Origin: the human T2T-CHM13v2.0 reference genome, Homo sapiens
NCBI RefSeq assembly: GCF_009914755.1
Contig: NC_060926.1
Length of the DNA: 64,000 bases
Direction: 5' to 3' (one strand)
Positions 44,143 through 58,786 of the stretch are shown in pieces. The notes under the pieces were generated by a model that was not told where the DNA came from, made no database searches, and worked only from the letters and a program-made list of their open reading frames with translations. Every line of letters starts with the position of its first letter. Within the stretch, counting starts at the first letter, position 1. The position numbers were made by a program, and so were the translations under genes.

Positions 44143-44518
44143 TGATACGGTTTGGCTCTGTCCCCACCCAAATCTCATCTTGAATCGTAGTTCCCATAAT
44201 CCCCACATGTCATGGAAGGGAACTGGTGGAAGGTAGTTGAATCATAGGGGCGGTTACCCTCATGCTGTTCTCATGATAGTGAGGGATTTCTCACGAGATC
44301 TGATGGTTTTATATGGAGCATTTCCCCCCTTTTTTTGGCACTTCTCCTTGCTGCTGCCATGTGAAGAAGGATGTGGTTGCTTTCCCTTCCACCATGATCG
44401 TAAGTTTCCTGAGGCCTCCCAAGCCATGCTGAACTGTGAGTCAATTAATATTCTTTCATTTACAAATTACCCAGTCTTGGTTATGTCTTTATTAGCAGCG
44501 TGAGAAGAGACTAATACA
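44143..44518 (+). mobile_element. THE1D-like solo LTR
   Basis: tgatacggtttggctctgtccccacccaaatctc ... ctaataca; perfect 5-bp TSD gtcac. Confidence 0.9.
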
Positions 44519-47500
44519 GTCACACATGGCAAAGAATACAGACTATACAGAATTAGCCACTAAACAAACAACAAAAAAAACCTAAACAAACCCCAGGAGT
44601 GGGGAAGAATCTGATTTTCACAGTTGCCAAATATACTACTATAAATTTCCAGTTTGGAAAAAAAAAATTACAAAATGCAAAGAAAAAAGAAAGTATGACC
44701 TATACACAGGGTAAAAAACAATCATTAGAAACTTGCCTCTGAGCAAGCCCTAATATTGAACATACAAAAAAAAAAAATTAAGCTCAGCTATTTTAAATAC
44801 TCTCTAAGAGCTAAATGAAATCATGCCTTCAAAAAGTGTTAAAGTCTATGAAAATGATGTCCCACCAAATAGAGAATAACAATAAAGAGACAGAATTTTT
44901 TAATAAAGAATCACACACATTCTGAAGTTGAAAGGTATGAGAACTGAAATTAAAAGTTTCCTAGAGATAATAAACAGCAGATTTGAGCAAGTAGGAGAAA
45001 TAATCCAGGAATATTTCAATTGGGATTGGAACAATTGAGATTACACAATCTGGGGAAGAGACAGAAAAAAATGAACAGGAAAAAAAAAAGATTAACAGAG
45101 CCTCAGAGACCTACCCAGCAAACCAATATATGCATAATGGGAGTAACAAAAGGAGAGAAAAAAAGGGGGAAATGGGAAGAGAGAGTACTTGAAGAAATAG
45201 CCAAATTTTAATGGAAAATGTTAATCCAAGAAATTAAATAATTCCAAATAAGACAATTTCAGAAATCCATACCTATTTACATTATAATTATACTGGGGGA
45301 AGTCAAAGACAAAGAGACACTCTTGAAATTCACAAGTTTTTCATTTAAAGCTATGGATGCCCAGAGGCAATGGAAGAGACAGTCAATGTACTAAAGAAAA
45401 GGCTGTCAAGATTTCTATGTGCAAAAAAAATCCTTCGGAAATGAAGGAAAAATTAAGACATTCCAAGATAAACAAAAACTGAGGTAATTCAGCAATGGCA
45501 AACCCTTTGTATAACAAACACAAAGGGAGTTCCTCAGGATGCAATGAAAGAATACTCATTGTAAACTCAAACCTAAATAAAGAAATAAAGGAGCACTAGT
45601 AAAAATAACTCCATATATATAAATAAAAGACAGTATAAATTTATTTTAAATTCCTTTTTTCTCTAATAATGTGAGGTACATGCACAATTCAGTGAATATA
45701 CTAAACACCATTGAATTGTACGTTTAAAGTGGGTGAATTCTACATGTGACTTAAATCTAAATAAAGCTGTTTTTAAAACCACATAAATAATTATACTACT
45801 GTGTTGATAAGCTTATAATATAAATACTTGATTTATATGACATTAATAATACAAAGAAGAGGAAATGGAGATAAATTGGAGTAAATTTTCTCTATGATTT
45901 TGAAGTCAAGTTAGCATTAATCAAAACTAGAAAGTTTTAAACCAAGACAATAGTTGTAATGCCATCAGGAAGCCATGAAGAAAATAACACAAAAATGTAC
46001 TAGTAATTAAAGTGGCATACTAGAAAAATTCTACTTAACACAAAAGCAGGGAGTATTGAAGAAAGAGAAGAACAAAGATATAAAACATATAGAAAACAAA
46101 AACCAAAGGGACAAATGTAAATTCTGTTATAGCTGTACTTACATAAATGCAAATGAATTAAACACTCCAATCAAAAAACACAGATTGATAGAATGAATAA
46201 AACACATGATCCAACTATGTGCCATCTATAAAAGCCAATCTTTTGAGTCAATGATGCAAATAGTTTGAACATAAAAAAAATTGAAAAAATAATACCATGC
46301 AAGCAATAACCAGAAGATAGCTAGAGTGGCTACAGTAAATCAGAAAAATTTAGACTTTCAGACAATAATTATTACTAGAAATTTAAAGGGACATGTTTCA
46401 TGATAAAGATTTAACCCATCAGGAAGATGTAGCAACTGTAAACATATATGCACCTAACAACAGAATCCAAAACACAGGAAGCAAAAGCTGACAACTAAAG
46501 AGAGAAATAGATAGTTCAACAATAATATTTGGAGACTTCTGTACTTCACTTCAAATAATGGATAAATAACTAAGCAGAAGGTCAACCAGGATACAGAAGA
46601 TTTGTACCACACATTAACTAGACCTAACAGACGTCTCTAGAACATTGCACCCAAAAATAGCAGACATTCTGTTCAACTGCAAATGGAACATTTGACAGAA
46701 TAGAAAACTGCAAAGCCATTAAAAACAAACCTCAATATATTTAAAAGGATGAATTAATATGAAGTATGTTCTTCAACCAACCAGAACATTTAGGAAACTC
46801 ACAAGTGTGTGAAAATTAAACAAGACACTACTAAGTAACTAATTGTTCAAAGAAGAGCTCAGAAGAGAAATTAGACAACACTTTAAGATGAATGAAAACA
46901 AAAACACCAGATACTAAATCTTGTAAGATGCATCTAAGACAGTGCACTGAGGATATTTATAGCTATAAACTTATTAAAAAAAGAAGAAAGCTCTGAAACC
47001 TAATACTTAAGTGTAAGAATCTAGAAAAAGAGGAGCAAACTAAATCCAAAGTAAATAAAAGGAAGGAAGGAGAAAAAAATAAATAAATAAATGTAGATAT
47101 GAATCAGAGAATAGAAAACAATAAAGAAAATCAACAAATAAAATTGTATTCTTTGAAAGATCAATGGATTGGCTAAACTTTACATTTCCTGGGGAAAATA
47201 AGAGAGAAGACTCAAATTACTAAAATCTGAAATGAAAGAGAGGATGTCACTACCTTACATAATTAAAAAATGACTACAAGCAAATACTATGAACAACTAT
47301 TTGCTGATATATTAGAATACTTAGATCAAATGTTTAAATTTTTAGGAAGATAACAAATTATCAAAATTCACTCAAGAAGCAAAGAATCTCAATTAGCCTG
47401 CAACAAGTCAAGAAACTGAATTTCTATCTTTCCCCAAAGAAAAGCATAGGCTCGGATGGCCTCATTGAAGACTTCTAGATAATATCTGGAGAATAACTAA

Positions 47501-49249
47501 TACCAATTCTTCATAAATTCTTCCACAAAATAGAAGAAGACAGAATACATCCTGACTCATTCTATGAGGCCATTATTAGGCTAATATCAAAACTAGACAA
47601 TGATCTCACAAGAAAATAAAACTACAAACCAAAATCTCAATGAATATAAACTCAAAATCCTCAAGAAATCCCTCAAGTAGTAAATCAAATCCAGCAACAT
47701 ATAAAAAGTAATACACCATAACCAGATGGGTTTTTCCCAAGAATATATTTGATTTATCATCAAGATATTAATTTAGTAAAGCTTATTTATAAAGTATAAG
47801 AGAAAAACCTCATGATCATCTCAAGGCATGCCAAAAAAAAAAAAAAAAAGCATTTGATTAAATCCAACACCCTTCCATGACAAGAACATTCAACAAATTA
47901 GGACTAGAAAATAACTTCTTCACACTTATAATGGACGTCTCCAAAAACCCACAGGTAACATATACTTACTGGTTTAAGAACAAATATTTCCTCTAAGTTC
48001 AGGAACAAGACATGGATATCTACTCTCACCACTTCTGTATTCAACATTGTACTGGTGGTTCAAGCCAGAGAGCAATTAGGCAACAAAAGGAAATAAACAC
48101 ATCAATACTGGGGAAAAAATAAAACTATCTTTATTCACAGATGACATCATCTTGTATATAAAATGTCTTATAGAATACAATAAAAATTATTAGAACTAAT
48201 ATATAAATTCAGCAAGGCAAAAGAATATAGGATTAATATATAAAAATCAATTGTATTTCTATACACTAGTAATGAATAACCTGAAGATGAAACTAAGAAA
48301 ACAATTCCATTTACAATAGTATCAAAAAGAATAATAAGCTTAAGTAATTTAATAAAAAAGTATAATATTTGTTCACTGAAAACTACAAAAACATTGAAAG
48401 AAAGTAATAAGATCTAAATAAATGAAACATTGTATTTTATTGATCTGAATATTTAATATTGTTAAGATAGTAATACTTCCAAAATGTAGCTACATATTTG
48501 ACAAAATCCCTAACAAAATCAAAAATTAATTTTTTTCAGAAATTGGCAAATTGATCCTAAAATTTATGTAGAAACACAAGAGACCCAGAATAGCCAAAAT
48601 TCTTACAAAGGAAAAGCAAAGCTGAAGGATTCACCCTTTTCAATTTCAAAACTTATACATCTATAATAATCAAGGTGATATGATTCAGTTATATAAATAG
48701 ACATTGAGAGTCCAAAAGTAAATTCATATATTTATCATCAATTGGTTTTCCACATGGGTGCCAAGAGCATCCAATGGGGAAAGAATCGTCTTTTCAAAAA
48801 ATAATGCTGAAACAACTGGCTATCCACATGCAAAAGAATGAAGTTGGACCCTTATCTCAAGCCATACACAAAATTTAATCAAAAGGAGTCATAGACCTAA
48901 ATGTAGGAGCTAAAACTATAGACACCTGAGAAGAAAACATAGAAGTAAATCATGGCCTTAAGTTAGGGAATAGTTCCTTAGGTGCAACACTCTAAGCACA
49001 AATGATGAAAGAAGAAATGATAAATTGACTTCATCAAAATTTAAAACTTTTGTGCTTCTAATAATACTATCAAGAAAGTGAAAAGAAAATCCACAGAATG
49101 AGGGAATATGTTTGCAAATCTTATATCTAGTATGAGGCTTATATTCAGACTATATAAAGAACATTTACAACTCAATGATAAAGATAAATAATCCAATATT
49201 AAAATTGGGCAAAGAATTTAAAGAAAATTCTGCAAAGAAGGTATGCAAG

Positions 49250-50497
49250 TGGACCTGTGTCCAGCTGCTCCAGCCATGGCTAAAAGGGACAAATGTATAG
49301 CTCAGGCCATTGCTTCACAGGGTGCAAGCCCCAAGCCTTGGCAACTTCCACATGGTGTTGGACCTGCGAGTACCCAGAAGTCAAGAACTGAGGTCTGGGA
49401 ACCTCCTCCTAGATTTCAGGGCATGTATGGAAACGGCTAGATGTCCATGCAGAAGTTTGCTGCAGGGGCGGGGCCCTCATGGAGAACCTCTGCTACAGTA
49501 GTGCAGAAGGGAAATGTGGGGTCAGAGCCCCCAAACACGGTCCCCACTGGGACACTGCCTAGTGGAGCTGTGAGAAGAGGGCCACCATCCTCCAGACCCC
49601 AGAATGGTAGATCCACCAACAGCTTGCACCATGAACCTGGAAAAGCCACAGACACTCAATGCCAGCCCATGAAAACAGCTGGGACAGGGGGCTGTACCCT
49701 GCAAAGCCACAGGGGCGGAGCTGCCCAAGGCCATGGAAGCCCACCTCTTGCATCAGTGTGACCTGGATGTGAGACATGAAGTCAAAGGAGACCATTTTGG
49801 AACTTTAAGGTTTAACAACTCCGCTATTAGATTTTAGACTTGCATGGGGCCTGTAACCCCTTTATTTTCACCAATTTCTCCCATTCAAAACATGTGTATT
49901 TACCCAATGTCTGTACCCCTATTGTATCTTGGAAGTAACTAACTTGCTTTTGATTTTACAGGCTCATAGGCAGAAGGGACTTGCCTTGTCTCAGATAAGA
50001 CTCTGGACTTGGACTTTTGGGTTAATGCTGGAATGAGTTAAGATTTTGGGGAACTGTTGGAAGGGCATGATTATGTTTTAAAATGTGAAGACATGAGATT
50101 TGGGAGGTGCTAGGGGCAGAATGATATGGTTTGGCTGTGTCACCACCCAAATCTCATCTTGAATGATAGTTTCCATAACCCCCACATGTTGTGGAAGTGA
50201 GCCGGTGGGAGGTACTTAAATCATGAGGGCGGTTATCTCCATGCTGTTCTCATGATAATGAGCGAGTTCTTACGAGATCTGATGATTTTATAAGGGGCCT
50301 TTCCCCCTTTTGCTCAACACTTCTCCTTGCTCCTGCCATGTGAAGAAGGTTGTGTTTGCTTCCCCTTCCACCAAGATTGTAAGTTTACTGAGGCCTCCCC
50401 TACCATGCTGAACTGTGAGTCAATTAAAACTTTTTCCTTTATAAATTGCCCAGTCTCAAATATGTCTTTATTTGCAGAGTGAAAATGGACTAATACA
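49250..50497 (+). mobile_element. THE1-type element: 3' part of internal region + 3' LTR (50122-50497); 5' LTR absent
   Basis: THE1-int motifs ('gggtgcaagccccaagccttggca', 'cagaagtttgctgcaggg'), PPT 'gggaggtgctaggggcagaa', LTR tgatatgg...taataca. Confidence 0.9.
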
Positions 50498-50712
50498 TTG
50501 GCCTTATAAAAGAGGCATGAGGGAGCTTGTTTGCCCCTTCCATCATGTGAGGACATAGCAAGAAGTCACCAGCTATGAGAAAGCGGGCCCTCACCGGATA
50601 CCAGCACCTTGATCTTGGACTTCCCAGCCTCCAAAACTGGGAGAGGTAAATAACTGTTGTTTATAATCTACCTAGTTTGTGGTATTTTTTATAGTAGCCC
50701 AAATGAACAGTA
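50498..50712 (+). mobile_element. MLT1A-like LTR 3' portion
   Basis: 'gccttataaaagagg...ccagcaccttgatcttggacttcccagcctcc...atagtagcccaaatg'. Confidence 0.75.
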
Positions 50713-51181
50713 TATATGCAAGAGGAAAGAAAAAATATATTTACACAACAATTTGTACACAAATGTTTACAGCAGCAGTATTCATAATAGCCAAAAAGTT
50801 GAAACATCTCAAACTTCCATCAGCTGATGAATGGATGCACAAAATGTGGTGCATTCATATCATGGAACGTTATCCTGCAATAAAAAGAAATTAAATATTA
50901 AAACATACTAAAATATGGATAAACTTTGGAAGCATTAAGCTTCATGAAAGAAGCCAGTCATGAAAGACCACATTTTGTGTTGTTCCATTTATATAAAATA
51001 TCCAGATAAGCATATCTATAGAAACAGAAAAGAGGTAGTGCTTGCCTAGGACTGGGATTAGAAAAGAGATAGGGAGGGACTTCTAATAGGTACTGGGTTT
51101 CTTTTCAGTGATGAAAGCGTCCTTAACTTCGATTGTGGTGATAATTGCAGAACTCTGAATATGTTAAAAGCTTCAGAGATG

Positions 51182-51528
<347 letters not shown>

Positions 51529-54476
51529 CTATATCTCAAGGCTATTTAAAATAGTCTTCATGTAGATATTAGAACTGTTAAACAATGATATTTCACACTT
51601 CAGTAATTCTTAATAATTCCAGAGACACCAGTGCTTATTCATACCTATAGTTGTTGTTCATAGACACATCTTAATTGTAGAAGATGTTGATGAATAAATA
51701 AAAGAAAATTGCAACCTGATAGCAAAAAGGAATTAGTCAACCCTTACTAGATTTATAGTTCTTTTAAAAGTACTTAGCATGGGCTGAGCTCTGTGCTAGG
51801 CATTTTTTAAGAGTGCTGAGGAAGTGGCATGGGGATTCTATCTCAGACATGCACAATTCAAGCTGCAGGTTAGAGTAATCTGAAAGTTTTTAAAAATTAC
51901 TGATTCCTCAATCGTGCCCAAGACTAAGGAAATAAGAATTCCTTGAGGGCTGTTCCCTGGCATTAGTATTCTAATGTGCCCCAAATATGGGGAACATCAT
52001 TGTGTCTGAATAACCTGGTTTAGAGGTCAGGGAGTGTATCAGTAGCTACTAAAATATGAGATCTGAAGGAGAAGGGTGGGGAGGAGATAGTGGTGGGGGT
52101 AGGGTGGTGTTTGTCACTTGCTTAACACTTATGATCCAGGCACTATGCTAGGCTTGAGCTAATGATTACGCTTTTGCCAAGAGGACAGTCTTGGAAGGGC
52201 ATTCTAGGCAGAAAGAGAAGAGTGATATGGGCTTTGATATGCACAAGCAGACAGCTTGGGTTTTAGAAACAGCAGACTCCAGGACCAGAATGCCTCTTGG
52301 GCTCCGCTCAAGGAATTCCCCTCCTAGACCAAATGAATACTCCTTTTTACCCCAGGCTTCCACATCTGCCATGTTCCCTTCTGTACCACTTTCCAGGAAC
52401 TCTGGTTTTTCCTGCATGGCTCTGTTGAACTCCATTAGGCTGTCACCCCAACCCCGGCACACAGCCAGCTCCACAGAAGGGGCAGCTCTAGTTCCTGTTC
52501 CCTGTTCACTACCTCCATCCTGAGCCAACACCCTGACTGGTTCATACTCCACATTCCTGATCCCGGGAATTCCCTCACTTATTTGTCCCCATTTGATAAC
52601 CTGACCTGTTGGACACTACCAAGAAGATAAGGCCTTGGCCCTCCTTGGCTCTAAGTCAAAATATCTTTGTGGTCATAACACCCACAGTCACAGCGGGAAA
52701 CACAACTTTCAGCCTAGCCCAGCCTCCAACACCTCCCCCACTCACAGTGCAGCCTAAGTGATACAGCTTCTATGTGCTCCAATCCGTCTAGTCAAACTCG
52801 AACCTAAGAGAAGTTCTGCAGTGAGCCCGTCTTTTGTTGATTCAGTTTCACTGGGTCCATCTGAAGAGGCCACATTGTGGGAGGGGAGGGCAAAGGGCAG
52901 GAACCCTCACATTAGTAACCAACCCACCGACCAACCGTCCAACTACACAGCCTACAGAACTCAATTCACCTGCTCATCTAAGACGTCCGAGTGGAGGAGG
53001 TGACCTGAAAACCTGATTTCAAAAGCATATGCAGTGTTCCTTTTAAGCCAATGCAATTACATGAAATAAAGTACAAGAAAATCTCAATTGATTTAAAGCA
53101 TGGCTAAAAGGAGGAAGGAACATTGGCCTTGAATGCCTCTGGGGCCCCCCTTCCAGGACAGACTTCTTTGAACCTAGCACCAGGGCATGGTTCCAGGATG
53201 GAGGATGAGGAAACAGGCTCTGAGCTGCCCTTTGCTGGGGACCCCCTGTGCACTGGTGTCCCTGCCAGCTATGTAAATATATCATCTCCAATTCCCATTA
53301 CAATCCCTGCAATGTGTACATCACCAGCTGCCTTTTACTGTGAGGTTATATCAATTTCAAAGACTCAACCACTGCAAGAGGCAGCCCCGGATTTGAAGAC
53401 TGGCCTGCCCCACCCCAAGCATGAATATCTTCCATCAGGCCCCTCCTCCATGATAACATAAGACCCCCAGCTTGTTGGGTAAGGTGAGTCCTGCTTGACA
53501 GCTGGAGGCCACAGCAGATAGTCTTTCCCATCTTTCCAAGTTTGCTTTCACTTCTGGAGTTTTCTGAAATTAGGCCCAGTGTTGCCAGATGTGCAGCCAG
53601 AAACCCGGGAAGGTTAAATGACTTACTCAGCTATTTCACAAGAGACTGGGAATTGACACATTGTATTAGAGCACTTTCTGAGCCTGTGTGGACAAGTTAA
53701 AGGGCTCAGCAGACCACGCGGGACTGGATTGGCAGCCTCCTTCGCTGGTAGCCTCATTTCTGTCTACAGGGCTTGTTCCATGGGGACAGCACCATGACCA
53801 GGCTGGAGAGCTGGGGCAACTACAAGACACCTTCCTCTCTGCTTACCATCCTGAGGGGCAGGGCGGTTGCTTCAGTGCTTGGAAAATTAAAGGTCAAGAA
53901 TAAGGCCATTAAAGCCCTCATTTTTAACCTGGACAAGAAAAATTTTGTTGTAACTAAACACAAATTGCATCACATCAGATGTTCCCGAACCTCAACCTTC
54001 AGCTACATCATCAACAGTGGTTGCCATGTCAAAGATGATTCTAATTACAAGAGGTGACCAGTCTGCTGCTCAGCACCCATGTGGGGAAGAGTCAGGGGTT
54101 CTTGGCACGGCCTTGGGTCTGCGAGTCTGCACATGGTGGAGGAAGCCTTCACGCCTCCTCCTGACTCTGGCCTCACATATTGCAACAACGAGAAGCCAGA
54201 ATAAGTGCAATGGGAGGAAATGCCTCAAGAAGATGGATTTTTGTTCAATTTTTTTCATGATAAAATACAGATAACATAAAATTTACCACCTTAATGATTT
54301 TAAGCATACAGTTCAGTGTTATTAAACACATTCATAATGTTGTGTAAGCATCACCACCATCCATCTCCACAACTCTTTTCATCTTGGAAAACTGAAGCTG
54401 TATCCATTAAACAATAACTCCCCATCCTTCCAGCCCCCGCTCTTCCTGGACCCTAGCAACCACCATTCTACTTTCT

Positions 54477-56165
54477 TTTTCTTAAGTATTGCTTGATTTT
54501 TAAGTTTTTTACTTTGTTTTTACTTGATACATAACAATTGTACATATTTATAGATTCAGTGTGATGTTGTGATGCAAGTGTACATTGTGCTATCATCAAA
54601 TCAGGGTAATCAGCATATTTAGCACCTCAGACGCTTGTCATTTATTTGTGGTGAAAACATTCAAAATATTTTCTTCTAGCCATTTTGAAATACACAATAC
54701 ATTACTGTTAACTATAGTCAACCTACTGTGCAACAGAGCATCAGGACTTATTCCCTTTACCTAACCGTGACTTTGTATCCATTGACCAACCCCTCCCCAC
54801 ATCCATCCCTCTTGTCCTCCCTGTCCTTGATAACCACTAGGCTACTCTCCACTTCCAGGAGATCAGCCCGATCCCAGGAATTCCCTCACTTACTTTTCCC
54901 ATTTGGTAACCTGACCTGTTGGACACCACCACTACTGGGTATGTATCCAAAGAATTTGAAATCATTATGTTGAATTAACACCTGCACTCCCGTGTTTATT
55001 GCAGCACTATTCACAATAGCCAAGAGAAGGAATCAGCCTGAGTGTTCATCAGTAGATGAATGTTGTAGGGAAAAGAAAGAGAGATCAGTCTGTCACTGTG
55101 TCTATGTAGAAAGGGAAGACATAAGAGACTCCATTTTGAAAAAGACCTGTACTTTAAACAATTGCTTCGCTGAGATGCTGTTAATTTGTATCTTTGCCCC
55201 AGCCACTTTGCCCCAGCCACTTTGACTCAACCTGGAAATCACAAAAACATGTGTTGTATGAAATCAAGGTTTAAGGGATCCATGGCTGTGCAGGACGTGC
55301 CTTGTTAGCAAAATGTTTACAAGCAGTATACTTGGTAAAAGTCATTGCCATTCTCTAGTCTCAATAAACCAGGGGCACAATGCACTGTGGAAAGCCACAG
55401 GGACCTCTGCCCTTGAAAGCAGGGTATTGTCCAAGATTTCTCCCCATGTGATAGTCTGAAATATGGCCTCGAGGGATGAGAAAGACCTGACCGTCCCCCA
55501 GCCCGACACCCGTAAAGGGTCTGTGCTGAGGTGGATTAGTAAAAGAGGAAAGCCTCTTGCAGTTGAGATAGAGGAAGGCCACTGTCTCCTGCCTGCCCCT
55601 GGGAACTGAATGTCTCAGTATAAAACCCGATTGTACATTTGTTCAATTCTGAGATAGGAGAAAAACTGCCCTATGGTGGGAGGCAAGACATGTCTGCAGT
55701 AATGCTGCTTTGTAATTCTTTACTCCACTGAGATGTTTGGGTGGAGAGAAACATAAATCTGGCTTACGTGCACGTCCAGTCATAGTACCTTCCCTTGAAC
55801 TTAATTATGATATAGATTCTTTTGCTCACATGTTTTTTGCTGACCTTCTGCTTATTATCACCCTGCTCTCCTACTACATTCCTTTTTGCTGAAATAATGA
55901 AAATAATAATCAATAAAAACTGAGGGAACTCAGAGGCCGGTGCCAGTGCCGGTGCAGGTCCTTGGTATGCTGAGCACCGGTCCCCTGGGCCCACTGTGGT
56001 TTCTCTATACTTTGTCTCTGTGTCTTATTTCTTTTCTCAGTCTCTTGTCCCACCCGACTAGAAATACCCACAGGTGTGGAGGGGCAGGCCACTCCTTCAA
56101 ATGTGGTTTTCAAATGTGGAGTATATACAAAATGGGATACTATTTATCCATTAAAGAAAATGAAA
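54477..56165. mobile_element. 5'-inverted (twin-primed) L1MA insertion
   Basis: Minus-strand L1MA 3' end 54477-54866; plus-strand ORF2-end piece 54930-56165; degenerate TSD caccattctactttct / catgattctaatttct. Confidence 0.65.
55064..56099 (+). mobile_element. HERV-K(HML-2) solo LTR, LTR5A-type
   Basis: tgtagggaaaagaaagagagatcag ... ggggcaggccactccttca, 1036 bp; TATA-like 'gtataaaacc', polyA 'caataaaaac'; TSD aatgt (55059-55063 / 56100-56104). Confidence 0.92.
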
Positions 56166-56279
56166 CATGATTCTAATTTCTGTCTCTATTATTTTGACTG
56201 TTCTAGGTACCTTACATAAGTGGAATCATATAGCATTTGTGTTTTTGCGACTGGCATCTTTTACTTGGCATAACGGTTT

Positions 56280-56726
56280 TGTTACTGAAACACAAGCAGT
56301 TTGGCCTAGGTCCATTGCTCATCACACAGAAAGTCAATCACTGACACAACGAGTATTGGCAGGAGGAAGGCTGTATTTGGGTGCTCCATCCAAGTGGAAT
56401 GAGAGATCAGTCTCAAATCCTTCTCCTCAACTAACTAAAATTAAGGCCTTATATAGCATAGAAGAAATGTAACTGTGGGTAGGAAAACAGGATTTAGAGA
56501 GGGGTAAGGAAGATGAGTTGATAGACAGGAATCATGATGGATGGTCTGGCATCTCATTGTCTGGATGCAGTGATTTGGTGAGTTTCACTTCCTTGATACT
56601 ATCTGGGAAGAGTAAGAGTCGGTACCTTAAGGAAGGAACTGAGATAAGACAAATGTAAGTTTCAAGCTTTAAGACCAGTAAGGGTCAATGTCTATGTTTA
56701 TACAAGAAACAGGTGGGCCAGTTTCA
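56280..56726 (-). mobile_element. ERV1-class solo LTR (LTR47/MER4-group-like)
   Basis: Minus strand TGAAACTGGCCC...CAGTAACA termini, TATA-like 'gctatataagg'; family assignment uncertain. Confidence 0.65.
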
Positions 56727-56896
56727 TTTTCAAGTTTCATCTATGTTGTAACATATGTCAGAAGTTCCTTTCTTTTCAAAATTCTAACATATGTCAGAAT
56801 TTTCCTTCCTTTCCTTTCTATTCAAGACTGAATAGTATTTCATTGCATGAATATGCCACATTTTGCTTATCTCTTCATCCACCAAAGGACACATGG

Positions 56897-57257
56897 TGTA
56901 TTAGTCCATTTTCACACTGCTAATACAGACATACCTGAGACTGGGTAATTCGTAAAGAAAAAGAGGTTTAATGGACTCACAGTTCCACATGGCTGAGGAG
57001 GCCTCACAATCATGGCAGAAGGTGAAAGGCATGTCTTACATGGCAGCAGGCAAGAGAAAGAATGAGAGCCAAGCAAAAGGAGTTTCCCTTACAAAACCAT
57101 GAGATCTTGTGAGATTTATTCACTACCAGGAGAAGAATATGGGGGAAACAGCCCCCATGATTCTTATCTCCCACGGGGTCCCTCCCACAACATGTGGAAA
57201 TTATGGGAGATACAATTCAAGATGAGATTTAGGTGAGGACGCAGCCAAACCATGTCA
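56897..57257 (-). mobile_element. THE1B-like solo LTR
   Basis: tgtattagtccattttcacactgct...gccaaaccatgtca; TSD catgg/cctgg. Confidence 0.9.
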
Positions 57258-58786
57258 CCTGGGTTGCTCCCACATTTTAGCTACTGTGAATAATGGGGCT
57301 GTATACAAGTATCTCTTCAAGATCCTGCTTTCAAGTCATTTTGGTATATACCCAGAAGTGGAATTGCTGGATCATATGATAATTCTATTTTAATTTTTTA
57401 AGGAACCAGTATACTGTTTTTCATAGGAGCTATACTATTTTACATTCCCACCAACAGTACATGAGGGTTCTAATTTCTACACATCCTTGCCAACACTTGT
57501 TATTTTCTGTTTTTTTTTCTAAATAGCAGTCATCCCAATAGGTGTGAGATGATAACTCATTGTGGTTTTGATTTGCATTTCCCTAATGATTAGTGATGTT
57601 GAGCATCTTTTCATGTGCTTCTTGCCCATTTGTAAATCTTTTCTGAGAACATGTCTATTCACATCCTTTGCCTATTTTTAAGTCCAGTATTTTGTTCTCC
57701 TTATCGAGTTTTAAGAATTCTTTAGATATTCTTACCCTTAGAAGATAGATTTTTAAGGGGGATTTTTAAAAATTAAGTTGTGGGCTTTGTGTTTGTTTGT
57801 TTGTTTATAAAGACAGAACATGCACAAAGATTGAAAGTCAAACAGAACCACAGGACCTAGAGGAGGCGGGAGCAGGGCCCTCCCTCCTTCTCCTCTTCTG
57901 GAAGCCCACTGCTCAGAGGCCAGGCCCCAGTCCCCGCACCTGTTCCTGCTGTGTGGCACCTCCTGTGTCCTGTGTGCTTGTGCTGACCCTCACTTTGAGA
58001 TGTTGTCTATGAACTCCTGCTGCAGAAGAGAAGCACTTACCTCTCATACTCACTCCCTTCACACTTACACAGGCTCACCACTATCTGGGCCTGCCATTGT
58101 GATTTCCTCACACTTTCTGTATAAAAGACGACTTGAGGTTTAAATTATCATAACAATGAAGTTTTTTGTTTCTAATTCAGAAAGTATACCATGACGACAT
58201 TTTATTTCTTTTACACCTTTTTTATTTTTGTGGGAGTTAATAAGTCCTTTTTTGCTTGTTTAGTTTTCTATGTGCCTTTCCCTACAGTAACCCAAAGCTC
58301 TCCAATGTCAAAAGCATCAAGAAGTTCATCAGCTCCTTTTTTCCCTTGGGGCCCTCTGCACCTGGCTGCCATCTGCAGAGTTCCCCTCACCATCTTTCAG
58401 GGGACTGCCTTCACCTCTCTCCTGTGTGAGGTCCCTTGATTCCTGCATTCTATGTTTTCCATTTTCTTGATTTACTCCCTCATTTTGTTGGGGCACATCT
58501 TTCAGACAGATTTCTTTAAAAGGATGCCTAGGAGATCAATTTTCTAGGATTGTAGATGACCAAAAACATCTTTATTTTAGACGCATCTTAATCTCCTTCC
58601 ACAGGCAAAAGGACACACAAACTGTGTATAATTTACAAATATACACATACTATATAGCAGTAGCACAGGTAGACTAGATTTTCATGTATGAACACAGATG
58701 TAACTCACAACAATAATACTGAAAGAAAAAAGCAAGTTTCAAAAGGATACATAAGTCCAATAATGTTTTATACACACGCACACACA

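Larger units (their letters stand above)
54250..57760 (-). mobile_element. L1MB-type 3' region host with nested inverted L1MA (54477-56165), LTR5, ERV1 LTR and THE1
   Basis: 'aacataaaatttaccaccttaatg...catcaccaccatccatctccacaac'; resumes 'ttctaatttctgtctcta...aagtggaatcata'. Confidence 0.8.
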
